Shown: positions 7,454 to 18,084, counted from the first letter of the stretch. The stretch: 64,000 bases of DNA from an uncultured bacterium (GCA_965368975.1 CBDUPA010000015.1:64001-128000); one strand, 5' to 3'. The notes: generated by a model not told the origin, from the letters alone. Numbers and translations: made by a program.

Positions 7454-9916
7454 ATGTTGCAACTGCTACACGACTTCCGTCTCGCCCTGCGTAACCTCCG
7501 CAAGGCCCCCGGCTTCGCTGCCATCGCCATTCTGACCCTGGCACTCGGCATCGGCGCCAACAGCGCCATTTTCAGCGTGCTCTATCACGTCGTGCTGGAA
7601 CCACTGAACTACCCGCAAGCCGAGCGGCTGGTGATTGTGCGCAGCCAGTTCACCACCATGGGCTTTGACCAGTTCTGGGTGTCGGCGCCCGAGTACGAGG
7701 AATACCGTGACGGTAGCAGCAGCTACGCCGCGCTGGGGGCCTACACCACGGGTTCGGCCAACCTGAGCACGCGCGGGGAACCGGTGCGCGCGCAGGCCGG
7801 CTACTTCACACGCTCACTGCTCGACGTGCTACAGCCGCGCGCCCAGCTCGGACGCCTGGTGAGCGCCGAAGAAGACTCACCTGCCGGTGGTTGGACGGTG
7901 ATGCTCAGCCACAGCCTGTGGCAGCGAGCTTACGGCGGTGATCCCGACATCGTCGGCCAGACCTTCGACGTCGACGGCACGGCAGCGACCGTGGTCGGCA
8001 TCCTGGAACCCGGCTTCGACCTACCGGACGAGAGCATCGAACTGTGGATACCGCTACGCCTCGACCCGGCCAATCCGCGGCCACGCAGCAATCACTTCCT
8101 GGAGATTCTGGGCCGCCTGAAGCCCGCGGTCACGCTGGAGCAAGCGCGTGCCGAGCTCGACCCGCTGCTCAACGGCTTCGAAGAATTCCAGGCCGACCAG
8201 CACACGCTCAACGCCTCGACACACCGCCTGCGCATCGACCCGCTGCACGACGACGTCATCGGCGCCGTCAAGCCACAGGTCCTCCTGCTCACCGGCGCCG
8301 TCGCACTGGTGCTGCTGATCGCCTGCGCCAACGTCGGCAACCTGCTGCTGGCGCGCGCCGAGTCGCGCCAGCGCGAGATCTCGGTGCGCACCGCGCTCGG
8401 GGCTGGCCGCCGTCACTTGCTGCGTCAGTTCCTCACCGAGGGCCTGCTGCTGGCTGGCCTCGGCGCCATGCTCGGCACCGCCCTGGCCGCCTGGGGCCTG
8501 CGCCTGCTGCTGGCCGCCGACCCGGAGAGCGTACCGCGCTCGGCTGAGATCGCCCTCGACGTACGGGTACTCGCCTTCACCCTGGCTTTGACCCTGGTCA
8601 CCGGCCTCATCTTCGGCCTGGCGCCGATGCTGCACCTGCGCGGCAGTCACTCCGGCGCGCGGCTCAGCGAGGCCCTCAAGGAGGGTGGACAACGCACGAC
8701 CGCGCAGGCACATCGCTTGCGCCTGCGGCGCGGCCTGGTAGTGCTGGAAGTAGCGCTGGCGGTGATCCTGGTCGTCGGCGCCGGTCTGCTGCTGCGCAGC
8801 TTCTGGAACCTGATGAAAGTCGATCCCGGTTTCGACGCCAACGGCCTGCTGACGTTCCGCCTGGAACTCGACTTCAGCTCGTACCCCGAGATCGATCAGC
8901 AGATGGGCTTCTACGAGCGCCTGACGCAGCGCCTGGCAGCCACGCCGGGAGTTGAGGACGTCACCTTCATGAGCGGCCTGCCACCACGCCGCCGCCTCGA
9001 CGCCAACGACACCGAATTCGACGGCAAGCCGTCGAGCGAGGAAACCGGCGTGCCGTCGGTCACCGATTTCTGGCAGTTCACGCGCCCCGGTTACTTCCAG
9101 GCCATGGGTATCCCGATCGTGCAGGGCGAGGCTTTCAGCCGTCAGCACGACGCCGAGGGCACGCTGGCGGTGGTGATCAACCAGACGCTGGCCGAACGCG
9201 TCTGGCCGGGCGAGGATCCAATCGGCCAGCGCTTGCGACCTGGCTTCGGTGACCTGCCGTGGTTCACCGTCATCGGGGTGGCACGCGACGTCAAGCAGGA
9301 CGGTCTCGATCGACCGACCGGCACCGAACTCTATTTCTCCTACCCACAGGTCGCCGAGCGATTGGGTTTCGCACCGCGGGCCATGTGGCTGGCGCTGCGC
9401 TCGGACTTGCCGCTGGCAACGCTTCTACCATCGGTGCGCCGGGACGTGCGCGAGGCCGATTCCACCTTGCCCATCGCGCGCCCGCGCATGATGGAGGATG
9501 TGCTGCGCAACTCCGTGGCACAGTCGCGCTTCATCGCCCTGCTGGTGATCCTTTTCGGCGCCGCCGCCCTGCTGCTGGCGGCGGTCGGTACCTACGGCGT
9601 GCTCGCCTACATCGTCACCGAACGACGCCAGGAGATCGGCATCCGTATGGCCCTGGGCGCCAACCGCGGCAGCGTGCTGGGCATGGTGCTCGCTCAGGGT
9701 ATGCGGGTCACCGTCCTCGGTCTGCTGATCGGACTCGCTGCGTCGTGGATGCTGGTGCGCCTGGCCGAGAGCGCGCTGTTCGGCATCCAACCCCACGATC
9801 CACTGACCTTCGCCGCCGTCACACTGCTGATCGCCGCCGTCGCGGCGGCGGCCTGCTACCTGCCAGCTTGGCGCGCCACTCGTGTCCAGCCGGTCGAAGT
9901 CCTACGCGACGAATAG
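7454..9916 (+). CDS. ADOP-family (MacB/FtsX-type duplicated) ABC transporter permease
   Basis: DFRLALRNLRKAPGF...LTLALGIGANSAIFS, LLIACANVGNLLLAR, REISVRTALGA, EIGIRMALGA, RATRVQPVEVLR. Confidence 0.93.
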   Translation: MLQLLHDFRLALRNLRKAPGFAAIAILTLALGIGANSAIFSVLYHVVLEPLNYPQAERLVIVRSQFTTMGFDQFWVSAPEYEEYRDGSSSYAALGAYTTGSANLSTRGEPVRAQAGYFTRSLLDVLQPRAQLGRLVSAEEDSPAGGWTVMLSHSLWQRAYGGDPDIVGQTFDVDGTAATVVGILEPGFDLPDESIELWIPLRLDPANPRPRSNHFLEILGRLKPAVTLEQARAELDPLLNGFEEFQADQHTLNASTHRLRIDPLHDDVIGAVKPQVLLLTGAVALVLLIACANVGNLLLARAESRQREISVRTALGAGRRHLLRQFLTEGLLLAGLGAMLGTALAAWGLRLLLAADPESVPRSAEIALDVRVLAFTLALTLVTGLIFGLAPMLHLRGSHSGARLSEALKEGGQRTTAQAHRLRLRRGLVVLEVALAVILVVGAGLLLRSFWNLMKVDPGFDANGLLTFRLELDFSSYPEIDQQMGFYERLTQRLAATPGVEDVTFMSGLPPRRRLDANDTEFDGKPSSEETGVPSVTDFWQFTRPGYFQAMGIPIVQGEAFSRQHDAEGTLAVVINQTLAERVWPGEDPIGQRLRPGFGDLPWFTVIGVARDVKQDGLDRPTGTELYFSYPQVAERLGFAPRAMWLALRSDLPLATLLPSVRRDVREADSTLPIARPRMMEDVLRNSVAQSRFIALLVILFGAAALLLAAVGTYGVLAYIVTERRQEIGIRMALGANRGSVLGMVLAQGMRVTVLGLLIGLAASWMLVRLAESALFGIQPHDPLTFAAVTLLIAAVAAAACYLPAWRATRVQPVEVLRDE

Positions 9917-9965
9917 ACTCGAGAACAGCACACACACCCACAGCCGACCGAGGAGAGCCGCCCCG

Positions 9966-12377
9966 ATGTCTACCCTGCTACACGACGTTCGCTTCGCTCT
10001 GCGCACCCTGCGCAAGCGTCCCGGCTTCGCCGCCGTCGCGGTGCTCACCCTGGCCCTCGGCGTCGGTGCCAACAGTGCCATCTTCAGCGCTGTACACGCC
10101 GTGCTGCTGGCACCGCTGCCCTACCAGGACGCCGACCGGCTGTCTCTGCTGTGGATGGACAACACGCGCCTGGGCATCGAGCAGGACATCACCTCCTGGC
10201 CCAATTTCGAGGACTGGCGTGCCGGCGGCACCCTATTCGAGGAGTTCGCCACCTACAGCCCGATGCGCATCAACCTGACCGAAGGCGATGGCGGTCCCGT
10301 GCGCATCCCGGCCGCCGAAGTGAGCGCCAACTTCCTGCCTCTGCTCGGCGTGCGGCCCGTGCTCGGCGAAGGCTTCACCGCCGAGCACGAGATCCCCGGC
10401 AACGAGAACGTCGTGCTGCTCGGTCATGACCTGTGGCAAGGGCGCTTCGGTGCTGATCCGTCGTGGATCGGCCGCACCCTGCAGCTGAACAACACCAGCT
10501 ACACCGTGCTCGGCGTGCTGCCGCCGGAGCTCGACTTCCCCAACCAACCGCAGCTGCTCGGCCCGATGGCGGTGAGCGAGGACCTTCGCGCCGAGCGCTT
10601 CGCCTTCTGGCTCTACGTGGTCGGCAAGCTGCGCCCCGGCGTCGACGGCGCCGAGGCCCAACGGCAGATGGACACTGTGGCACTGGAGATGGCAGAGGCG
10701 AATTCCGACCTCGAAGGCTACGGCATCTTCGTCCAACCGCTGCGCGAGCACCTCGTCGGCGATACACGCACGCCTCTGCTGCTCCTGCTCGGGGCCGTCG
10801 GCCTGGTGCTGCTCATCGCCTGCGCCAACGTCGCCAACCTACTCCTGGCGCGTGCCGCGGGTCGACGTCGCGAGATCGCCGTGCGCCTGTCACTCGGCGC
10901 CAGCCGACGTCGCCTGGTGCGCCAGCTGCTGACCGAGAGCGCTGTCCTGGCCCTGCTCGGTGGCGCGCTCGGCCTGCTCGTGGCCCACTGGGGACTGGCG
11001 TTCCTGAGCGCCTTCGGCCCCGACGTACTGCAGCGCCTGGGTCCCTTGAAGATCGACCCACTCGTCCTCGCCCTCGCTCTCGGCTTGAGCCTGCTGACAG
11101 GCCTCCTCGTCGGCCTGGTCCCGGCCCTGCAAGCCTCTCGCGCCGAGCTGAACGAGGCGTTGCAAGAAGGTGGTCGCGACGCCGCCGACACGACCCGCGT
11201 GGGTACTCGCCGACTGCTGATCACCGCCGAGGTCGCGCTCACCGCCCTGCTACTCATAGGTGCCGCCCTGCTGATCCAGAGCTTCGTCCACCTCCGAACG
11301 CAAGATCCTGGCTTCCGGCCCGACGGTGTCGTCGCCATGAGCCTCTCCCTACCCGCTAGCATCGAACGGGCCCAGCGGGCCCCTTTCTACACCCAGTTAC
11401 TCGAGCGTATCGACGCCGTGCCCGGCATCGAAGACAGCGCCGCCATCTCGACAATCTTGCTACCCGAGTTGGCTCGCTCCGCCAACTTCACGCTCGAAGG
11501 CCGCCCCGACCCACCGGCCGCCGAGCGCATCGAAGTCCCAGTCGACGCGGTCACCCCCGGTGTCTTTCGCACGCTCGGTATTCCACTGCTCGAAGGACGC
11601 GACTTCAACTCGGGCGATCACACGGACGCCCCCAGCGTGGTGATCGTGAACCGCGCGCTCGCAGAGCGTTTTTTCCCCGACGGCAACACGATCGGCCAGC
11701 GCCTGGCCTATGGCAGCCAGGATCAGGAAGAAATCACCTGGCGCACCATCGTCGGCGTCGTCGGTGATGCTCGACGCACCTCCGTCGCCCGTAACGCCCG
11801 CCCCGCCACCTTCCTGCCCCACGCGCAGATACCGATGAACAACATGACCCTTGTCGCCCGCGCCACTGGCTCGCTCGATACCCTGGCCGGCCCCCTGCGC
11901 GCCGCCGTCTGGGATCTCGATCCGACGCTGCCAATCTCACGCCTGGAGACGCTCGAAGCCTCCCTCGCGGAGCGCCTGAGCGAGCGTCGCTTCCACACCT
12001 TCCTCTTCGGTGCCTTCGCCGCCGTCGCGCTCTTCCTGGCCGCCGTCGGCATCTACGGCGTGCTGGCACAGCTGGTGCAGAGCCGCACGCGCGAACTCGG
12101 CATCCGCATGGCTCTCGGCGCCGAACGCGGCAGCGTCGTGCGCCACGTGCTGTCTCAGGGCTTACACCCGGTGCTGCTCGGCCTGCTGCTCGCACTGGTA
12201 GGCGCCCTGGCCACTGCGCACCTGCTCGGTAGCCTGCTCTACGGCGTCGGCGCCTACGACCCCATCACCTTTGTCGTGGTGCCACTGCTGGTGCTGGTCG
12301 TCGCGGTGGCTGCCTGCCTCGTGCCGGCGCTGCGCGCGTCGCGGGTGGATCCGATGGTGGCGCTGCGCTGGGAGTGA
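9966..12377 (+). CDS. ADOP-family (MacB/FtsX-type duplicated) ABC transporter permease, tandem paralogue
   Basis: DVRFALRTLRKRPGF, LLIACANVANLLLAR, ELGIRMALGA, RASRVDPMVALRWE. Confidence 0.93.
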   Translation: MSTLLHDVRFALRTLRKRPGFAAVAVLTLALGVGANSAIFSAVHAVLLAPLPYQDADRLSLLWMDNTRLGIEQDITSWPNFEDWRAGGTLFEEFATYSPMRINLTEGDGGPVRIPAAEVSANFLPLLGVRPVLGEGFTAEHEIPGNENVVLLGHDLWQGRFGADPSWIGRTLQLNNTSYTVLGVLPPELDFPNQPQLLGPMAVSEDLRAERFAFWLYVVGKLRPGVDGAEAQRQMDTVALEMAEANSDLEGYGIFVQPLREHLVGDTRTPLLLLLGAVGLVLLIACANVANLLLARAAGRRREIAVRLSLGASRRRLVRQLLTESAVLALLGGALGLLVAHWGLAFLSAFGPDVLQRLGPLKIDPLVLALALGLSLLTGLLVGLVPALQASRAELNEALQEGGRDAADTTRVGTRRLLITAEVALTALLLIGAALLIQSFVHLRTQDPGFRPDGVVAMSLSLPASIERAQRAPFYTQLLERIDAVPGIEDSAAISTILLPELARSANFTLEGRPDPPAAERIEVPVDAVTPGVFRTLGIPLLEGRDFNSGDHTDAPSVVIVNRALAERFFPDGNTIGQRLAYGSQDQEEITWRTIVGVVGDARRTSVARNARPATFLPHAQIPMNNMTLVARATGSLDTLAGPLRAAVWDLDPTLPISRLETLEASLAERLSERRFHTFLFGAFAAVALFLAAVGIYGVLAQLVQSRTRELGIRMALGAERGSVVRHVLSQGLHPVLLGLLLALVGALATAHLLGSLLYGVGAYDPITFVVVPLLVLVVAVAACLVPALRASRVDPMVALRWE

Positions 12378-12449
12378 GGGGTCCGCCTATCCTCCAACTC
12401 GGCGCCCAGTTCAAACCGAACTTGACGGGGCAAGCTCGAACTTGCTCCA

Positions 12450-15400
12450 ATGCCCCGCATGCCCGACGCCGGTCTCATCCAAGAAATCCTCGACCGCGAC
12501 TCCGGGCACCTCCATACTCCCTTCTCGACGCTCCCGTCTTTCCGCGCCACTCCTGAAGGCGCTCTCCCCTACCTCGACCTCGGTGGCCCAGGCTTCGAGC
12601 GGCTGCTCTTCCTGCTGCTGCTCGCCGACGGCCACGCGCCGCGCTACTTCGGGCGTAGTGGCCAAGCACAGTACGGGATCGACCTGGTGGTCCCCGTCGA
12701 CGACACCCACCACGTATATCAGTGCAAGAACACTGCAACGTTCCCGCCCGCTGCGATGCGCGACGCGCTCACCAAGTTCGAAGCCGAGTGGCTGAGCCGC
12801 GACGACTTGCCGCGACCGTCGTGCTTCGTGCTCTGTTGCTCGGCGGATTTACGCGGACACGAAGAAGCGTGGAGCGTCGAGGCAGAAGCATTCCGCCAAC
12901 GCACGGGGGTCGTGGCAACGCTGTGGGAGCGCAGTGTGTTCAACGAGCGGCTGCGACGCTTGCCGGACATCGTCGCGGATGTGTTCTCAGACGCGGCGGC
13001 GGAGCGATTCTGTGAGCAGGAGGCGTGGGCTTGGGACCTCTTTCGACCACTCAGGCCAGGGACTGGTGCCGAGGCGATCGAGCACTTCCTGCGGCTACGA
13101 GGGTCCGGGGTGCTGGATCTGCCGGAAACGCTGCAGGCGCGATTCGACACCATGCTCGCGCGCGAGGATGCGGTGCTGGTGCGCGGAGCACCGGGCAGTG
13201 GTAAGACAACGACGGGCCTGGCGTTGGCGGCGAACTTCACAGACAAACGCAGCAACTCACGCACGGCGCGAGGCAGCTGGCGTGTCTTCCATCTCGATCT
13301 GGCGCACGAGTGGAGCGAAAGCGAGGTGGTGCATGCGGTCCAGCAGCGGCTGAGCCGGCCGACGATCTTTGTGTTCGATGATGGTCACCGCTGTGTCGAC
13401 CGTCTTCCATCGCTACACCGGCGACTCGACGCGTTGCTGGCAGGCCAGTCGACAGCCAGGCGCATCTACCTGCTACGACACACGGCAGCCCCGGCCGAGC
13501 TGCTGCGCGATGCGTCCGAACTGGAAGAACTCCTCGACGCCAGCGGTGCTGTGCTCGACCTGACCCCCGATCTCGCTACCGTACGCCGGATCACACATCG
13601 CCTCGCGCCAGACTGGCCGCCGCTTCGGCCAGCGCAAGTAGAGCGACTGGCCACGGTATGCGCCCACGATCTGACCCTGCTGACCCAGATCCTGGCTACC
13701 GTCGAGACCCCCGAGACGTTGGAGAATCTGGATCTCGAACAGCTCTATCCGGACCTCCTGCGCCGCTTCTGCGGCCGCTTGCCGGTTGACCTGCCGGCCC
13801 TGCGTGCCGTTGCCTGCCTCGGACAATTCGAGATCAACCCACCGCTGCCCTACAAGCGTCACGACCTGGAAGCCGAGCTGGCGAGCTTGCCGACCGAACT
13901 GCTCACTATTGCCGGCCGGCCACCACGGCGGATCTTCTTCCATGCTTCCGGTGCAGAGCTGGTCTTTCGGGCACTGTGTTGGCAGGACGGTGAGGACCAG
14001 CCGATAGTCGTGATGGGGAACGTCCTGAGCGAGTTTCTGGCATCGCAGCAAACTCCCTGGACCACTCTGTTACAGGTACTCGATGGCGAGTTACGCCTGG
14101 CCACGGCCGACGAACTGAACGCTCTACGGCAGATCGTCCTGACCTCCCCGGCCCTGGTCGGGTGCATCGCGTCGGCCGGTGACGAGCTACCGCTGCGCGT
14201 TCTCGGCCATGCCTGGCGCTTCGCCCCGGAGGTCTACAGCGACGCCTTCCTGCAACTCATCACCAGCGGTGCTCTGCTACGGCACCTGCAGCGCGCCGCG
14301 GCCTCCGAGCTTCCCTTCGTGCTGCGCTCCCTGCTCGATACCATCCCGCAGAACGCTGCTGCGGCTGCTCCCGCAGAAGATGGGAGTACAGTCCTGGCCG
14401 GAATCATGGCTGAGCATGTCCGACAAGACCTCGATCAGGTAGTCCGCCGGACTTCAGCGTCCAACCTCTGCTACCTGCTCGCCTACCTCGGCCGCGACGA
14501 GCCCGCGTGGCTGCAAGCCGTGTCCGCTCTCGACACCGAGGCTATCGAGGCCATGCTCGATGCGACGCTCGCCACCGAACGCGCCAGTTCCATGATCCTC
14601 AAGACCCTCCGAACCTTGCGCGGTAGGCGACCACACCTGGCCAAGGCGCTGCGGCAACGGCTGGGCACGGACTTCTTCCTCCGCACTTTGCGTCACGATG
14701 GTTCTATCGTCGAGCTGCTGCGTCTAGTGCAGCAAACCTCCTGGACCCTGGGTACCGGCCTGCTCGCCTCGCTGACCGCCGAAGACTTCGAAGCGCTGAC
14801 CGTCGCCACCATTTCACAGCGACGCTCGATCGGCACGCTCGACCTCACCCTGCGTGCCCTCAGTGCCAAACGTCGCCAGGCTGTCGAAACCCGGCTGCTT
14901 CCACACACATGGTGGCACCTGCTCGGCCATCTCGGCGACCTCGCCATCCTCGCCGGAATTCTGCGCCGCCTGAGCAAGGGCTACCGCTTTCGCCTCTTGA
15001 AGACCGCCAGCGATGACGGAACCCGTGCCCGCGAGCGCATGCGGATCGTCCGCACCGGTCTGCTGCAACGCAGCACCTTGCCGCAACTCGGACACTTCCT
15101 GCGCCGCCACAGCTTTGCCGTGCCATCCCTCTTCCCCAGGAACACCGACGCTCAAGTGTCCGAGCCGCTGGCCGCGATGCTCGCGCGCACCGACTGGGAA
15201 ACGCTGCGCTACGGGCACCATCTGATCCTAGGAGCGCCGAAGACGACTTTCCGGAACCTGTGCCTGCAAACAATCCGCGACCATCTGGCGAGCGTCGATG
15301 TAGGAATCGGCGACTCCTCGTTGTGCCTACCCAACCTCGCCGAAGCCACCAGCTTCCTGCGCCTGCTGCAAAGTGCTCTTCCTGATCGACTGCCCGAGAT

Positions 15401-16055
15401 TCTGCCGCTCCTCGACCGTCTGCTGCCGTCTCCGCACACCTGGCTACAAGACCTGACCGCCGACAGCGAGCCCCACACCCTGCGGCAGCTACGCGGCCTC
15501 TTTCACCTGCTGGCAGACGAGCGCGTTCCAGCAACGCTCGCCGACCAGGCCCTGGAACTGGCACTAGGTCCGCACCCCGCCTGCTTGTGCCGGGAAGTCG
15601 ACGCCCTCGAAGTGCTGCTCTATCTCTGGAATGCGCTGTCGCTGGCATGCGCCCGGCACCCCGCAGACCCCATCGAACGAACTGGGGAGCACTTCAGTAG
15701 GGAACTGCAGGAGGTCGTCATCGAGAAACTGGCGCAGCCTCCCACGACGCCGGACGAGATCGACCAAGCAGTGTCGCTGGTCGGGCTGACGTCGTTCTTG
15801 GGCTGGACGGGAACCCTGGGCTCGGTCGATAGCTTGGACTGGCCAAGCGAGACCCCGTTGCCATCACCGGAGCGCGTCGAGGCCAAGGGCCTGGTGACCG
15901 GCGGGTTCTACCTGCTAGGCCTACAGCGGCTCGGCGGCGAGGTCGAGGCAGAGCACTGGCGGTCGGTACGGCAGAAGGTCGACGACTTCGCAACCCGCAG
16001 CCGAGCCGTCGAGTTGCTGCTGCAAGCTGTGGAGCTACCCGAGAAGCGCTCTTAG
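12450..16055 (+). CDS. Mrr-like restriction endonuclease domain + STAND-type P-loop NTPase + helical C-terminal region (1201 aa)
   Basis: N-terminal FERL...GQAQYGIDLV...YQCK nuclease signature; Walker A GAPGSGKTT; Walker B IFVFDD; long Leu-rich C-terminus. Confidence 0.75.
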   Translation: MPRMPDAGLIQEILDRDSGHLHTPFSTLPSFRATPEGALPYLDLGGPGFERLLFLLLLADGHAPRYFGRSGQAQYGIDLVVPVDDTHHVYQCKNTATFPPAAMRDALTKFEAEWLSRDDLPRPSCFVLCCSADLRGHEEAWSVEAEAFRQRTGVVATLWERSVFNERLRRLPDIVADVFSDAAAERFCEQEAWAWDLFRPLRPGTGAEAIEHFLRLRGSGVLDLPETLQARFDTMLAREDAVLVRGAPGSGKTTTGLALAANFTDKRSNSRTARGSWRVFHLDLAHEWSESEVVHAVQQRLSRPTIFVFDDGHRCVDRLPSLHRRLDALLAGQSTARRIYLLRHTAAPAELLRDASELEELLDASGAVLDLTPDLATVRRITHRLAPDWPPLRPAQVERLATVCAHDLTLLTQILATVETPETLENLDLEQLYPDLLRRFCGRLPVDLPALRAVACLGQFEINPPLPYKRHDLEAELASLPTELLTIAGRPPRRIFFHASGAELVFRALCWQDGEDQPIVVMGNVLSEFLASQQTPWTTLLQVLDGELRLATADELNALRQIVLTSPALVGCIASAGDELPLRVLGHAWRFAPEVYSDAFLQLITSGALLRHLQRAAASELPFVLRSLLDTIPQNAAAAAPAEDGSTVLAGIMAEHVRQDLDQVVRRTSASNLCYLLAYLGRDEPAWLQAVSALDTEAIEAMLDATLATERASSMILKTLRTLRGRRPHLAKALRQRLGTDFFLRTLRHDGSIVELLRLVQQTSWTLGTGLLASLTAEDFEALTVATISQRRSIGTLDLTLRALSAKRRQAVETRLLPHTWWHLLGHLGDLAILAGILRRLSKGYRFRLLKTASDDGTRARERMRIVRTGLLQRSTLPQLGHFLRRHSFAVPSLFPRNTDAQVSEPLAAMLARTDWETLRYGHHLILGAPKTTFRNLCLQTIRDHLASVDVGIGDSSLCLPNLAEATSFLRLLQSALPDRLPEILPLLDRLLPSPHTWLQDLTADSEPHTLRQLRGLFHLLADERVPATLADQALELALGPHPACLCREVDALEVLLYLWNALSLACARHPADPIERTGEHFSRELQEVVIEKLAQPPTTPDEIDQAVSLVGLTSFLGWTGTLGSVDSLDWPSETPLPSPERVEAKGLVTGGFYLLGLQRLGGEVEAEHWRSVRQKVDDFATRSRAVELLLQAVELPEKRS

Positions 16056-16251
16056 GCGCCCTCGATTGCGCGGCCTTACTGGGAGTCTAGCACTTCGACC
16101 TCCTCGAGCAGCTCGAAGAGCTGTGCATTCGAAGTCGCTGACAAGACTTCACCCGAAGCCGAGCGCGCCAAGGGTACGGCACTGCGAGGCTTCCCTGGCG
16201 TGGCGTCTCGATCCACCGCATCCTCTTGATCCTGACCAGGACAGCTCCCTA

Positions 16252-17229
16252 TCAGGTCGCCTGCTGCCGAAACCACTCGACGGTCGCGGTCAGCCCTGCG
16301 CTCAAGGACACCGGCTCCGGCACACCCAGGTCTTCCTGCAACCGGCGCGCGTCGACGCACGAGCGTTGCTGCTCGCCGGCCTTCGCGGGGCCGTGGATCG
16401 GTGGCGTGTTCCTGCCCAGGGCCGCGGTGATGCGGGCGTAGAGGTCGACAACGTTGGTCTCGACGCCGGTGCCAACGTTGTAGACGCGGTAGCCGGGCCG
16501 TGCCCCGCTGGGGGTGGCGAGGGCCGCAAGGTTGGCGCGCACTACGTCTGCGACGTCGACGTAGTCGCGCGTCTGCAGGCCGTCGCCGTTGATCGTCGGC
16601 GTAACGCCGGCCAAGAGCTTCTGCAGGAAGATGGCGATGACGCCGGCTTCGCCGTGGGGGTTCTGACGCGGACCATAGACGTTGGCGTAGCGCAGGCAGG
16701 TGACGTCGAGCCCGTAGGTCTGGTGGTAGACGGCGAGGTAGCGCTCGACCGCCAGCTTGGCGACGCCGTAGGGCGACGCGGGGCGCAGCGGGTGGTCTTC
16801 GGGAGCCGGGAAGACGTCTTGCTCACCGTAGATGGCACCGCCGGTGGAGGCGAAGAGGACGCGGCGGACGCCTCCGAGGCGGGCGGCTTCGAGCAGGTTG
16901 AGGCTACCCAGGATGTTGACCTCGGCGTCGTGGCGCACGTCGTCGAGCGAAGCCCGCACATTCATCTGCGCCGCCTGGTGCAGCAGGGCGTCGAACTTGC
17001 CGCGCTCGACGATCCGGGCAGCCTCGGCACCACGGATGTCGAGCATCTCGAAGCTGGCCGCGGACGGCACGTTGGCTTCCCGTCCCGAGGACAGGTCATC
17101 GAGGACAGTGACGTGGTGACCAGCCGCGAGCAGCGCGTCCGTGAGGTGGGAACCGATGAAACCGGCGCCGCCGGTGACACAGAGGCGAAGAGGCTTGTCG
17201 TGGGTACGCGTCGAGGTGTGATGGCTCAT
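16252..17229 (-). CDS. NAD-dependent epimerase/dehydratase (UDP-glucose 4-epimerase-like)
   Basis: TGGAGFIG, STGGAIYG, YGVAK (YxxxK), RYANVYGPRQ. Confidence 0.9.
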   Translation of the reverse strand: MSHHTSTRTHDKPLRLCVTGGAGFIGSHLTDALLAAGHHVTVLDDLSSGREANVPSAASFEMLDIRGAEAARIVERGKFDALLHQAAQMNVRASLDDVRHDAEVNILGSLNLLEAARLGGVRRVLFASTGGAIYGEQDVFPAPEDHPLRPASPYGVAKLAVERYLAVYHQTYGLDVTCLRYANVYGPRQNPHGEAGVIAIFLQKLLAGVTPTINGDGLQTRDYVDVADVVRANLAALATPSGARPGYRVYNVGTGVETNVVDLYARITAALGRNTPPIHGPAKAGEQQRSCVDARRLQEDLGVPEPVSLSAGLTATVEWFRQQAT

Positions 17230-17264
17230 GGCGGCGGGAGGCTACCACAGCGCTCGAGTGCCCG

Positions 17265-18074
17265 TTACTCGGGGCGCGAGGCCGCTGCCTTGGGAAACAG
17301 GCGGTAGAAGTTGTCCGTGGTGCGCGCGGCCAGTTCTTCTGGTGTCGTACCGGTCTCTGCAGCGACGCGCGCCGCGATCTCGACCACGTAGGCGGGCTCG
17401 TTGCGCTGGCCGCGGTGGGGTACGGGCGCCAGGTACGGCGTGTCGGTCTCGACCAGGCAGCGGTCAGCAGGTACTTCGGGCAGCACTTCGCGCACGTTGT
17501 CAGCACGGTTGAAGGTGACCATGCCGGTGAAGCCGAGGTAGAAGTCACGCGCGATCAGCTCACGGCCCATTTCGAGGCCGCCAGCGAAGCTGTGGAAGAC
17601 GCCCTGCAGGCCGGCGAATTCGTCGCGCCGCACTTCCTCGAGCATGGCGTCGTTGCTGTCGCGGTTGTGCACGACGACGGGAAGGTCGAGTTCCAGAGCC
17701 AGACGCCAGTGCGCACGCTGCACCTCGATCTGTACCTCGCGTGGCGCGTGGTCGTAGTAGAAATCAAGACCGCACTCCCCCACCGCCACCGCCTTGGGGT
17801 CGGCGAGCAGGGCCCGCAGGCGGTCACCATCACCATCCTGCCAGGAGGCGGCATCGTGTGGGTGGACGCCGAGCGCACACCAGACCCCTTCTTCCCGGTG
17901 GCAGATGGCGAGCAGATCCTCCGCTTCGGTCAGCTTGATGCAGGGGATCAGAAAGCCGTGCACGCCACGCTCCCGGGCACGATCGAGCGCGGCGGGCAGG
18001 TCGTCGCCCAGGCTCTGCAGGTGGCAGTGTGAATCGACCAGATAGGGTGAGTCGATCAGGTAGGCTGAACTCAT
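17265..18074 (-). CDS. tatD: TatD-family metal-dependent DNase
   Basis: DSHCHL, GVHPH, VGECGLD, VVHNR, VFHSF, ETDTPYLAP. Confidence 0.92.
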   Translation of the reverse strand: MSSAYLIDSPYLVDSHCHLQSLGDDLPAALDRARERGVHGFLIPCIKLTEAEDLLAICHREEGVWCALGVHPHDAASWQDGDGDRLRALLADPKAVAVGECGLDFYYDHAPREVQIEVQRAHWRLALELDLPVVVHNRDSNDAMLEEVRRDEFAGLQGVFHSFAGGLEMGRELIARDFYLGFTGMVTFNRADNVREVLPEVPADRCLVETDTPYLAPVPHRGQRNEPAYVVEIAARVAAETGTTPEELAARTTDNFYRLFPKAAASRPE

Positions 18075-18084
18075 ACCACCCGAC

